From Mytilus edulis (taxonomy: Eukaryota), in assembly GCF_963676685.1 (NCBI RefSeq), contig NC_092353.1, forward strand, positions 51,956,001 to 52,020,000: 64,000 nucleotides of DNA, written 5' to 3'. The notes under the pieces are model-generated. The model was not told where the DNA came from. It was given only the letters and a program-made list of their open reading frames with translations, and searched no databases. Each line of letters opens with the position of its first letter. Position 1 is the first letter of the stretch. The translations under genes were made by a program, and so were the position numbers. Positions 40,259-52,422 of this stretch are shown piece after piece.

Positions 40259-40679
40259 TTCATTAATATACCCACCAGAACTAGAAATTAAAGAGACCAC
40301 ATACACGGCTTCCTCTGCCTCATTTTTAGACTTATACCTCGAATTTGACATACACAGTCATCTCAGTACCAGAATCTATGACAAACGAGACGATTTTAAT
40401 TTTGAAATTATCAATTTCCCCCACCTTAGTAGTAATATACCAACTTCACCTGCATATGGAATATACATTTCCCAACTTATTAGGTATTCAAGAGCTTGCA
40501 GCTCCTATTCAGACTTTGTAAAACGTCACCAATGTCTGAGCAGAAAATTGATGAACCAGGGGTATGTCAAAGAACGTCTCGTCCTTTTTCTAAAAAAGTT
40601 CATCAGAAGATACCCAGAACTTGTTGATAAATATTCCGTATCAACTTCACAAATAATACAAGATGGTCTTGAAGTATAG
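40259..40679 (+). pseudogene. 5'-truncated Penelope-like retroelement reverse transcriptase (C-terminal/thumb region, Naiad-like)
   Basis: YPPELEIKETT...ASFLDL...TRIYDKRDDFNFEIINFPHLSSNIP.SPAYGIYISQLIRYSRACS...KLMNQGY is typical of the PLE RT thumb. The ORF stops right afterwards with no C-terminal GIY-YIG. Lies antisense within the gene B intron. Confidence 0.85.
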
Positions 40680-40918
40680 ATTTTGCGTACTGACGTTTGT
40701 TATCATCTTAATTACGTATTATAGTATTCTTTTATATGTATTTTTTAGATATTCATTTGAAGTGACTCTGTGGTTACGTAAAACCACATACTTTGAACGG
40801 CAAAATTATTTCATTTATTGATATTACTTTTACTTAAGGATCTTGACATACTATGAATGACTAAACTATTTTATTCAATAAGACTACTTTTTCTGTTTAG
40901 TCTGTTTTTTATGATATA

Positions 40919-41381
40919 CATTTGACGTGAAACTGTACTTATTATTATTACTTTTACTGTTAAATCTGGTTTTTGTTATATCTACTTTACGCGAGTCTGC
41001 ATTTATGTATGCCGTCATACGATAAAATTATTTTTATGTCTACCTGTGCGAATTTCAAACGCGAAATTTTACACCAGTAATGAAAACCTTCTATCATTTA
41101 TGGGTAGACTTTACATAGATAAATTCAGCCGTATTTGACGTGAAACTGTACTTATGTGTCCCGTCATACTTTGAACCACACCATTATTTTATTTATTATT
41201 TTTACTGTAAGTCTGTTTTTTTGTTATATCTACTTTACGTGAGTCTGCATTTATGTATGCCGTCATACGACAAAATTATTTTTATGTCTACCTGTGCGAA
41301 TTTCAAACGCGCAATTTTACACCATTAATGAAAACCTTCTTTCATTTATGGGTAGACTTTACATAGATAAATTCAGCCGTA
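40919..41381 (+). repeat. Tandem duplication (about 213 and 250 bp units) downstream of the PLE RT fragment
   Basis: TTTGACGTGAAACTGTACTTAT...ATAAATTCAGCCGTA occurs twice (40921 and 41134). Confidence 0.8.
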
Positions 41382-41399
41382 TAAGAAAAGCAAAATGAG

Positions 41400-41782
41400 A
41401 ATGTTAAATTTGATGTATGCCTTTTTGTGCTACTTTGTTACATTTGTTGTTTATGTAGTGATATTAAGATGATAACACAATATTGACTGTTGTACCCCTA
41501 TTTTTGACATTTTTACTCTTTGAGTATGTTTGTTTTGTTCATGCATCGTTGACAATGTAATGGAATTTGATGCGACTGTCATACAAGTGAGAGGTTTAGC
41601 TAGCTATAAAACCAGGTTCAATCCACCATTTTCTACATTAGAAAATGCCTGTACCAAGTCAGGAATATGACAGTTGTTATCCATTCGTTTAATGTGTTTG
41701 GACTTTTGATTTTGCCTTTTGATTTTTGATTTTCCTTTTTGAATTTTCCTCGGAGTTCAGTATTTTTGTGTTTTTACTTTTT
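41400..41782 (+). mobile_element. Second interspersed SINE-like family
   Basis: ...AAAACCAGGTTCAATCCACCATTTTCTAC...GTACCAAGTCAGGAATATGACAG...; reverse copies at 3663-3865 and 7885-8040. Confidence 0.65.
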
Positions 41783-42637
41783 TCATAAGGCCTATCTGGC
41801 CTAATTGATTTCTAAAATTATATTTCATTGTTCAACATTTATCATTCATTCGTTTATTGCTTAATTTGTGTGAATTAACAGTAAACGTTTTTCTGCACTT
41901 TCATACCACAACAATACTGCCTTACTGTAGTAATATCACTTATATTTATATCCATATATATATAAAATGACTGAATAAATAGTCAACGATTAATCTTACA
42001 GGGCGATGGATCATGTAATATGATTCTGTACACTACAAAATATAATATATAACAAGTCAAAAAGGGTACAACATCACCATTATATAACTATAAAATGAAC
42101 AAATATTAGATATTTCGGATAACAGACGTATATAACAACAAAAATGAAAACGGGAATATTTTTGAAATACCTTTTTCATTTTGAATGCTATAACTGTTTA
42201 GATGTTTAGACATATTAAGTAGATGTTCATTTATCTTACCTCCTATACATTTATAGGAATATGATTGGTTAATAGCGACCTCGTGGAGACCGTGTATATT
42301 CAATATTAGGTTAATAGGGAGGCGGGGCTTATTTCAATACACGGTTAGTAGTGGATTTACAACTTAGGCATTGTTTGATTATTAAAAAGTATTGAAAGAT
42401 CTGTTTAATATTGTTATATCAAGGTTGTTGATAATAGATATTTGTCGTTTACATTAGTTTTTTAGTGCAGACCAATTGAAGAAGGTTATTAAAATTGAAC
42501 ACTTGAACACTTTTTATACAGAAATAAGAAGATGTGTTATGATAGCAAATAAGACAAATTTAGTCTAAATTCCACAACTAAAGATAGTCGGTAAGATAAA
42601 TTCGTTACATAGTGCGCTAGTGACCTAATATGATATA

Positions 42638-42842
42638 CTGTAAATTCAGAAATTATTACGTGCATTTGTTTTTGCGATTTTGTCATTTGAGACTGAAATG
42701 CGATTTTATTTTTACGATTTTGAGAAAAATCCTGTTTAATTCATATAAAATGTTTCAAAATGCGAGTTCAAATTATTGCGTTTACAACTCTGTCGCATTT
42801 TTCGCAATAATAAAAACCTCGCAATAATTTATGAATTCACAG
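42638..42842. mobile_element. Tc1/mariner-like MITE
   Basis: CTGTAAATTCAGAAATTATT / AATAATTTATGAATTCACAG termini with TA flanks. A decayed copy lies at about 22266-22444. Confidence 0.7.
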
Positions 42843-43587
42843 TATACTGGGTAAGTAAATTTAGACTAAAGATGTCTTATTTGCTATCATATGGAATTTA
42901 CTGACCCTGTATATATCATATTAGGTCACGAACACACTATGTAACTAATAATCCACTAGAAATTTTTATCAGATGACTTCTGTAGCAGTTATGAGTCTTT
43001 GAAGCATGCTCACAAAGGTTCTTTTGTTGATATCATTTTCATACTGGTCAAAACTTTGTTGTGCTTTCACCAGGCTTTGGAGAAGTTATTTTAGAAAAAT
43101 CAATAAAAAAAATAACACAGAAGTTTACTTTCTAGCTCATCTACTCCAAAGCATCATGTCAGGCATTGTCATTACTTAAAATCATTAAATGTCTACTAAT
43201 CTGAGAAACAATTTCGACATTAAAACGAACTTTTTTTACTTATGATACTGAGAAGATCCACCACAAAGTAACATTGTCATATATACTAAGAACCATACAA
43301 ATAGTACGCAAATACATGTTCTCAGATACCATCTCTCGTATAAATAAAATCAATCATGAACAATGGAACCTAATATGTGGGTCTCTCCTACATACAAAAT
43401 ATTTCCAAAATCAAAGATGTGAAACATATTCTATCATAATCATTTGGTTGGCTGTCATTGTGCAACACAGTTAATAGTATATAAAAAAAAAAGAAGATGT
43501 GGTATGATTGCCAATGAGACAACTATCCACAAAAGACCAAAATTACACAGACATTAACAACTATATGTCACCGTACAACCCTATGGG

Positions 43588-44795
43588 AACTAGAGGATCT
43601 CGAGAGCCTGTGTCGCTCACCTTGGTATATGGGCAAATCAAACAAAGGACACTCTCCAACACTAGAAGAGAATAGACCTTGACAAAAATCTCTATTTTGT
43701 TGATCTTGTTTTACTGATCTTTAAGTCTGTTTAGTTTCATTGACTTGGCCAAGTTTGGTTAAATTTGTCTCAGTAGTTTCAGGAGAACATTTTTGTAAAA
43801 GATTACAAAAATTGTCAAAAAATTTACTATGAAGGACAATAATTCCTAAAGGGATTTTTTTGTAGATCTTACTTAGTTAAACAATTTTGCTGTTTACAGT
43901 TTATCTCTATCTATTACGATATTCAAGATAATAATCAAAAATTAAAATTTCTATAAAATTACGAATTCTGAGACAACAACCCATCAACAAGGTTGACTGG
44001 TGCGTCTATTTGCTTGAAATGCTTTAGTTTCAGAGATAAAAGCCAAAAACTGCTGCATTTTATCCCTATATTCTATTTTTAGTCGTGGCAGCCATCTTTG
44101 TTGATGGGCTTTAATCGGATAGATTTTTTTAACTAGATACCCTTAGTTGATTTGGACCAAGTTTGGTTTCATTTGGCCCAGTAGTTTTAGAGAAGATTTT
44201 TGTAAAAACTTACAAAAAATTAAGAAAAGGTGTGAAAAGTTGATTTTAAAGAGCAGTAACTCTTGGTGGGGTCAATTGGCCATTTTGGTCATGTTTGACT
44301 TATTTGTAGATCTTACTTTGCTGATCAATCTTGCTGTGTACAGTTTATCTCTATCTATCATAATATTTAAGACAATAACCAAAAACTGCAAAATTTCCTT
44401 AAGATTAGCAATTTAGGGGCAGCAACCCAACAACAGGTTGTCTGCGTCTGACAATTTTAAGGCAGTTAGATCTTGTTCTGATGAACATTTTACCCTCATG
44501 GCAGATTTGCGCCAAATGCTTCAGTTTAAGAGCTATAAGCCCAAAACTGTAATTTACCCCCATGTTCTACTTTAAGCATTGGCGGCCATCTTGTCTGGTT
44601 GATGGGCGGGGTCATCGGATACATTTTTTAAAACTAGATACCCTATAAAGGATGATTTAGGCCAAGTTTGGTTTCATTTGACCCGGTAGTTTCGGAGGAG
44701 AAGATTTTTCTAAAAGTTAATGGGCGACGACGACGACAGACAACGACGGACGACTGACGCCGAGTGATGAGAAAAGCTTACTTGGCCCTTTGGGA
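43588..44795 (-). mobile_element. Degenerate HINE-type element with internal repeats
   Basis: AACTAGAGG...GTCGCTCACC terminus, repeated blocks (GGCCAAGTTTGGTT three times; CAGTTTATCTCTATCTAT twice) and a (GAC)n/(GACG)n microsatellite near the other end. Confidence 0.6.
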
Positions 44796-45282
44796 AATCC
44801 TTTTGTCAGAAACACTGTAAAACATCCAAACATACTATCCACACTGATCTGTGTCCACACTTGAATCACTATAACGGTGAGGTTGAATTCCATGCAATTT
44901 ATTCATCATCCACACAGGAACTTGTCTCAGAAAAAAAATCTACGTGACAATTAAAACAATTTATGAAGCCTACAACTTTTCATAGATATACAAATAAATA
45001 GATGTAGTATGATTGCCAACTATTCACCAGAAACTAGAGTGACATAAAAGTTAACAACTGTAGGTAACAGTACGGCCTTCAACAATGAGCAAAACTCATA
45101 CCACATACGGTCAGCTATAGCCTGGAAATGACAAATGTGAAACAATTCAAATTATAAATAGAGATGCTTAGTGTTTGGGCTTACGGCTTAAGAAAACTAA
45201 GCTGTAAGTGTAAAAAAAAATAGCAAATTAGCATGTAAGTAAGTGTAAAATTTATGAAATTTACTGTAACAAAGAACCCTAC

Positions 45283-45898
45283 CTTTCTTCTCTTTTAAAG
45301 CAATTTCTTGCAAAGAGGTATTGAAACGATTTGAAAGTTCCACAATTTTATCAAACGACGCATTAAATCTGTTCTGTTCTTGGTGAAGAGATGCCTGCAT
45401 TGTATTCTCTATTTTACGTTCAGCTTCACTTAATTCTTGTATTTTAGAAGAAAACGAATCCAACAGCGTGTTAATTTTTTTTTCGTACATCTCAGTTTTA
45501 TTTTCAGACTGCAGTTTAAAATTGTCTATTGTTTCAAGGAAAGACTCTTTAAACCGCGTTTGGTCCTGAAGATGTGATTCAACAAATGTTTCTGTTTTTT
45601 TCTTCTGCTCGACCACTTTATCCAGACTGGAAGAAATAGATTCTTCCCATAGCTTCATCTTTTCCGCATACACTTTCATTTTATTTTCAATGCTAGAAGA
45701 AAATGATTCTTCCCATAGGTTCATCTTTTCAGTGTATACTTCCATTTTATGTTCCAAGCGCACAAGTTTTTCTAGCACCTTTTCTTCAAAATCAAACTTT
45801 GAACAGGCCGATAATAAGGAACCGGACTCTGAACCAATCGAGCTGGCTAAAGTCACAAATATTGATAAAATTAAGCATACGAATTGAAAGAAAATCAT
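45283..45898 (-). CDS. C1qDC gene B exon 1: signal peptide plus long coiled-coil stalk (predicted to splice to 39764; 338-aa protein)
   Basis: Hydrophobic N-terminus MIFFQFVCLILSIFVTLASS, then CSKFDFEEKVLEKLVRLE and about 170 aa of E/K/L-rich heptad-like sequence. Donor AAAG|GTAGG at 45282; 616 nt gives phase 1, compatible with the C1q exon. The pairing with that exon is inferred. Confidence 0.8.
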
Positions 45899-47565
45899 TT
45901 TGGATGTTCTTGCGATCTACACTTTACAGAAAATAAAATGTGCACTTAAACCATAAGATAACTTTGTTCTTCATATAAAGACGTAAGTCGATTTCCGAGG
46001 TGTCAAAGTTTTCAAATAAGTGTTTTATATAAGGAGGGTTACGTATCTAGTTCGATTCGAAACTGCACTTGACCTTATAACAGATGTATTATGAGACATT
46101 AAAATTAAATACGTAGATATAGGAAGATTTGGTATGAGTGCCAATGAGACAACTCTCCATGCAAGTCACAATTTACAAAAGTAACTACCATAGGTCAAAG
46201 TACAGTCTTCAACACGGAGCCTTGGCTTACACCGAACAGCAAGCTATATAGGTCCCCAATAATGACTAGTGTAAAACCATTTAAACGGGAAAACCAATGG
46301 TCTAATCTAAATAAAAAACGAGAAACGAGAAACAATTATGAACCACATCAACAAACGACAACTACTGAACATAAGGTTCCTGACTTAGAACAGGTGCAAA
46401 CTAATGCGGCGGGTTTAAACGTTTTAATAGGTACCAACCTTCACCCTAGCCTGAAACAATAGTGTAACATCACAACATAGAGAGACACCATAAAATAGCA
46501 ATTGAAATGAATTAACTCAAACAAAAAATATATTAACACAAGTGAACATACACTGAACGAATAAATTTAATTTATGACACAATGAAAATACAAAATCAAT
46601 CAAATAAGGGGTGTGATGTAAAACAATTTCAGAAAGACAATCATAACCTTGAACAAAATGCCGCCAAATAGAATAATGTACACAGGTAAATGAAAATAAT
46701 CAATTTGACAATTTATCCATTTCCCACCATTTAGCGTCCGTCCATTTATGTAAGAAAAAAAACATAACTAGTGATGCAAGCTGTTTAGTCTACTATCGAA
46801 CCAATCCTTGTACAAATCATACTGTTATATATATATAAGTCTACTATCGGACGAAATGATGCTGTTAAATCGAATGTTGGACCAATGTTTTATACAATGT
46901 GGTTTTTAATCTACTATAGGAACAATGCTTGAAAAAAAAATCATGCGGTTAAATCTTCAATCGGACAATTGTTTGTACAAATGATGTGATTAAATCAACT
47001 TATTAGTGGAAGTTGTGGTGCAGGCTGTCTCCTCTTTACGATTTCTGGAACAGGACTGGCTTGCTCAAAACTATGGCTAAATTTAGCTATTGGTTAGCTT
47101 ATCCAATGGATAATTATATATACAGTGGTCTACTATCCTTTAGCTATTTTTCAATTTTATAAACACATGAAACCATAACGCAAATACAAATACAGGTTTA
47201 TCAGACTTTGACGTAAATGTCTAAAAAAAACTTAATTAAATCATACATTGCTTTACATTTATACAAGAATACTTTGTTTTGTTGCAGCATTAATCAATCA
47301 AAGATTTCCTTTTTTGATACAAAATTATAAAAGTGAAAATCTACTTTCATGTACTAGAGTATCATACAACTTTATTTTCAAATCATGACATTTTTCAATA
47401 TTACTTATAATAGGCTACAAAATACATGAAACTGATTACGACTGGAACTGGAAATATTTAGGATCGGGCCATCATCATCCAAAGCGATTGAACCAAATAT
47501 AAGGAGGTTGCGTTCAAAAGAAACACAATACTTCTAACTATATTTGATTACTTTATTTTAGGATT

Positions 47566-47966
47566 TTATTCTTGCAAAAAATACCCGCCAAATGATGAAT
47601 GATCACTACCAATTACTTTATCGGTGTTGCCGCTGTGTCTATGTTGGATATAAACCCGATCTCCTTTCTTTAATTCCATCAATACACTGAGAGTACTGGC
47701 TTCGTATGCTCCGTTATTTGAGTACCCCTTCACGCATAAAGATTCGTTCTTGTTGAGCTGGTAACCAACATCATCTCCCCTGTCCCCATAAATCACACAA
47801 CTAAAATGATACAATCCGTCCCTCGTAGCAGTGAAGATACCAGTTGATAGATCATATCCTCTACCTCTATTCACCCGTACATCTTCAAATTTTAGCACCT
47901 TGTTTGAATCGGACAAAGAGACACTGCCTTTTAATGAAGCGAAGAAAGCAGGTTTTATCTTTTCAT
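47566..47966 (-). CDS. C1qDC gene C exon 3 (globular C1q domain); spliced protein 185 aa
   Basis: ttgcAG acceptor; 401 nt; DEKIKPAFFASL...GYDLSTGIFTATRDGLYHFS...ELKKGDRVYI...SSFGGYFLQE*. Confidence 0.95.
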
Positions 47967-48184
47967 CTGCAATAGAATTAATTAATTTTTCATGCTTAAA
48001 GTTAGCGTATGTAATGTAAAATAAGTTAAAGCATTGGTAAGAAAGTAAATCGAAACTTTGCTAAAATTAATATTAATTGTTTATTTTATTCCGCTTGTCA
48101 ATTCTTATCAGAGTTATCAATATATCTGTCCTTTCAATGCAAGAGAGCAAACATAATCAGAAGAATGGACAGTCAGACGTTTTA

Positions 48185-48439
48185 GGCAGCAACCATTTGA
48201 TTTTCTGGGGGGGGGGGGGGGGGGGGGGGGGGGCTATGGTTTTTTTTGGAAAAAAAAGTTTGTTTCCAGTTTTTGGAGAAAAAAATAATTTGTTTTTGAT
48301 TCTGAGAAAAAAAAATTGTTTGTTTCACCCTCAGCTGCCACTTTATGTAATGCTAAAATTGAAAAAAAAAAATTGTCCAGAAAAAAAAACCATAGCACCC
48401 CCCCCCCCCCCCCCCCCAGAAAATCAAATGGTTGCTGCC
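48185..48439. mobile_element. PIF/Harbinger (Tourist-like) MITE in intron 2 of C1qDC gene C
   Basis: TIR GGCAGCAACCATTTGATTTTCT-(G)n / (C)n-AGAAAATCAAATGGTTGCTGCC and a 3-bp TSD TTA (48182-48184, 48440-48442). Confidence 0.85.
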
Positions 48440-49018
48440 TTACATCAAGCGGGAAAACGGGTTAGTCACGAAAATTTCATATCGAAAACCAGATCAATTA
48501 AGGTTATTTTGAAACCTCAATGGTATTTTTTTTTCACATTTTAAGAGTAGCCGTGTAATTTGAAATACAAATGGAAATGCCTTCTTGTTAGGATACCCGA
48601 AACTTCAGCAACAACGAGTTATCATTATATTGTGCATGGCTTCTGCAAAGTCATAAGGTGAAACGCGAATGGTTTTTGGCTTTGCATTTTCGCATTCGCA
48701 ATTACCTCGACTGAGATGGACGCAATACCGCGTATAGGCGACAATTTCCGCCATGCTTAAGAAGTATGGTAGGTTTTAGTTTGTAACCCGGATTTGTTTT
48801 CTATTAATCAATTTATGACATTTGAAATAGTGTTGCCTTTATTTATAAGCTAACATGCGTTTTGAATTGATCTGATCTTCAAGAAATTCATCTATGTCTA
48901 AATTTCAACCTTTCCAAAATATCAGTTTATATGATGATCCTGTTTATATGTGTCAAATGTTTTAATAGAAATAATATAGTCACTGACAATATCATATGAC
49001 TGTAAACAATTAACTTAC

Positions 49019-49090
49019 CACTCCCACTATTCCGACTATTAATTCTGATTAGCATTTCCAGAAGATCTTCCGTAACGCATGTTGTTTTTC
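49019..49090 (-). CDS. C1qDC gene C exon 2
   Basis: ttttAG acceptor and GTAAGT donor; 72 nt, phase 1-1; GKTTCVTEDLLEMLIRINSRNSGS. Confidence 0.88.
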
Positions 49091-49149
49091 CTAAAAAAAA
49101 AAGAGTTCTTTTCGTGATTTATCCTGATTTCCTTGATCATGAAGGCTGC

Positions 49150-49470
49150 TTTTAAAAGGAAGTGATTAAACCTAGGGTTACATGTGGTTAAGTTGAAGTC
49201 ATCCCTTCGAAAGTTTTGCAGATGTCTTTGCGAGTGTGTTACAGATTACCACGACAAAAATCTTTCCTACGTATTGACGATGAGATTTATCTACGACATT
49301 GTGCTTACCATGATAAACACAACGGACGCCATTAGTAAAGCAGGATCTACTACCTTTGCTCAAGCATCTGAGAACACTCTAATCTTTTTGAGGGGTTCCT
49401 GTTGCTTAGTCCTTATATTCTATGGAGTGTTTTGTCGACTTGTTTGTCTTTTGGTCGTCTTTCGTTCTTA
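49150..49470 (+). mobile_element. Decayed Penelope-like 3' fragment in intron 1 of C1qDC gene C
   Basis: VKLKSSLRKF-like codons, then AACACAACGGACGCC...AGCAGGATCTACTACC...GGGGTTCCTGTTGCTTAG, similar to 8436-8680. Confidence 0.55.
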
Positions 49471-49606
49471 TCGAATTTTCAATTGCGTATTATTCACTTT
49501 TTCTCTAATTTTCAATTAAACAAAGTAAGAAACAAATTGTGTCATTAAGATTTAACATTTAACAATGGATGAGACAAAAATTTATCGAAAGCAATATTCA
49601 CGTGAC

Positions 49607-49691
49607 CTCTTTGTGTATTACAAGAAGCTCCAACTCCTAAGGAAACACCAGTAAGAGCAAACAAAACAAAGATGAAGCTTGAACATGCCAT
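49607..49691 (-). CDS. C1qDC gene C exon 1 (signal peptide)
   Basis: MACSSFIFVLFALTGVSLGVGASCNTQR then G|GTCAC; 85 nt, the same length and phase as gene A exon 1. TATATAAA lies about 55 nt upstream. Confidence 0.86.
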
Positions 49692-52069
49692 TCCAATTGA
49701 TAGTCTACAATGCCGTCATTCTTTTCCTAAACTTTATAAATGTTTATATATTTGAATTTGAAATATTGATCATGGTATCATAAAACTTTAATTACAACTT
49801 GACGTGCGTACTTCTCGCAACTTTGGTGTGCTTTTCAATACCAACTTACTACGTGTGCGAGAGTCAGGCGAAAGGAATAATTAAACTCATAACTTCATAT
49901 AAATAAAGTTGTTCTTTTCAATAATAAGAAATTGAAAAAAAAAAGACAATAAGTATCGATCAAAGATAAATCAGTTATTGAAAGCTAGTCCAAAGCTCAA
50001 TTTCAACTAAAGTTAAAGACAAACAATGTTTTTTCTAGACTAAAATGTCAATTTTTGCATCCTTAACAGATTTAGTGTAAAGACGTATCAACAGTCGGAT
50101 AAATGCATGACTTCTGTCAATGGCGCAATTCCAAAATACACAATAAATAATAGGTTTCAAACGGATGTTTGGGATCATAATTTCGTATAAGGGAAAACAG
50201 CAAAAATATAATGTTGTGTTTTTTTAAAAAATAATGCAGAAAAAATTTCCAATGGAAGTACCCTACTGATCAAGATCTAATAACAATGTTAAAGGCGAAT
50301 GTTAAATGTATACCCTGTTTAAAGTAAACGTTTTTTTCTTCAAAGGACCGATACAGAAGCGACTACATGGATCGCATCTTAAATTACAAGCTTTACAAAC
50401 AGCATCATCATATATTTTGTTATGTAAACATGTAAGGTGGAATCTTAAACAAAAACGGACTGTCAATAACTAGCACTATTAGACTGCTTTGTTTTACTTC
50501 GCTTTTTGTTTTCTGAAAGACTCCCCCCGTTTTACTTTGAATCCACCCTACGTCACGCCACTGTTTGCCTGGTATAAATGTATTACTTCCATAGAAATCT
50601 AAAAAATGGGTATAGTGTAAACTTAGGCTAGACTACTATCAAGAATTTCCAAAAAGTCCGGCCAGGCAGTAAAAAACAGAAAAATCAATTACCGGTAAAA
50701 ATGGTTCGGTGCATAATATAAAGAACTGAATTGGAACCCTCTCTGTCCATTTAATCCGCCCCTGGTCTCAGACATAGGTCGACTTTTTCTTTATTCTACT
50801 TTGTCTAGATGTAAAGCGGGAGGGTAGAGATCTCAAACAACGTCACAAACTCCGCCGTATTTTGGGGCCTATCCCAAGTCAGTGGCATCTTGCCTTTATT
50901 AATCTTGTATGTTTTTTTTTAAATTTTAGTTCATTGTTTAGGCCGGTTTATGAAGACGTCTTTTTTCACTGAACTAGTACACATTTTTATTAATTAAGCA
51001 AGAGGCAAGCTGAAGCCCGCCTCCAGGTGCGGGATTTTCTGACTGCTTTGAAGACCCATTTGTGGACTTCGGCTATGTTCAGCTCATTGGTCGGGTTATT
51101 GTCTCTTTCACACATACCCTAATTCCATTCCCAGTTTTATTCATACAAACTGTTTCCGTCATTTGTGACAATTTTGTCCGTGGACATATTATATTTAAAG
51201 ATTCCAAAAGTTTGAGTCCAGACAATCATCTTATATAAACTGCCGCAAGTTGATATTCAGTCATCGTCAAACTCTAAAATTATTTTCTTGTTTTTGTTTT
51301 TATTGATCTAAAGTAATCATTAGAGATATACCGGGCGTGGTGTTTTCTAGTATATAATTAACAATATTGATATGATAACTGCTATACCTTCTCACATAAG
51401 AATTTATCAATATAAATTTATCAAAGTTATGTAAACATTACCACTTGATAATAAACACACGTGTTGAATTGCATATAACAGATTAGCTTAGTTAAATTAC
51501 GTTTTTTTTGTTTTTTTTTAATTTTTTTTTATAGTTTATCAGTAGGAGCTGACCATGATATTTGTGATAAATTTCAAATATTTGTTCTATAGTTTTGGCG
51601 AATGCATGTAGGTTTTTGAGATATTGTCTTTCGCCAGTTCAGCAAAGTTTCCCCATCATCTCAGGCCCAAAGGCGGACTTAGAGGGGACCACGTCGCCCC
51701 CTTCTGTGGAACAAATTTAGTATATTTTATAAGGAATCTCTAAATCATGAATGAAGCGCCCCTCTAGTCCGCAGTGTGCCCCTGAGCATTTCTGGATTCC
51801 GCCACTGTCTCCACCCTACAAATGTATGTTTCTTATGTAATTGAATTATATCAAGGATTTGTATAGAAATTAGTTATGACTTTAGAATGTTTATTCAAAA
51901 TGAATGTCACATTTCGGTATTATTTGTATTTGCATGCATAACGAAAATTGTTCTATTCAGGTTTGATTTTTTTAGTCAAAAAGTCATTTTGAAAATTATC
52001 ATGATTATTCAGATAAATTGCATGTGAAAATATAACAAACGCTTAAAAATTAACAAAACATATTTGTTC

Positions 52070-52422
52070 CTCATTGGCTGGGACTATTATTCTGATTTTA
52101 TAGTACTGGGTCCTCCAATTATTAAGTTAAATCGTCTGTCGGATTGTGTATTTGTATTATTCCCCCCCCCCCTAAATATTTTTTTTGCCGATAACCATTC
52201 TGATTCCGTCTTGCTGAATAAGCATAACACTTTCATTGGTTGCTTTATAGGTGAACCCCGCCCACTTTAAAGTCAAGGACGTAGATCTCGGATTCTTTCT
52301 AGATTTTTCCGTCGCATCATCATGAATTTCATCATGGACGTTTTGGTAGCAACTTATCATTTATAGACAAAATTTCCGTGTAAATCATTAAAATTAGACA
52401 TTTTTTTCAACAAATGACAAAG
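52070..52422 (+). promoter_or_regulatory. Putative sestrin promoter and non-coding first exon
   Basis: CCAAT/ATTGG boxes at 52073, 52115 and 52235; GC box CCCCGCCC at 52256-52263; locally more CpG; consensus donor AAG|GTAAGT at 52422/52423, upstream of an exon that needs a 5' partner. Confidence 0.6.

Noticed and set aside
9165-44490. Other CTGATGA occurrences (about 9167, 16625, 23788, 44478) as hammerheads
   Set aside because: They lack stem II, GAAA and a pairing stem I.
45197-45282. Treating ORF 45197-45898 as a complete single-exon gene
   Set aside because: After the strong AAAG|GTAGG donor the sequence turns intron-like (T-rich, then a SINE). A spliced model fits better.
48077-48544. 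155-aa ORF with poly-Gly and poly-Pro
   Set aside because: Translation of the G and C homopolymers of a MITE, antisense within a C1q intron.
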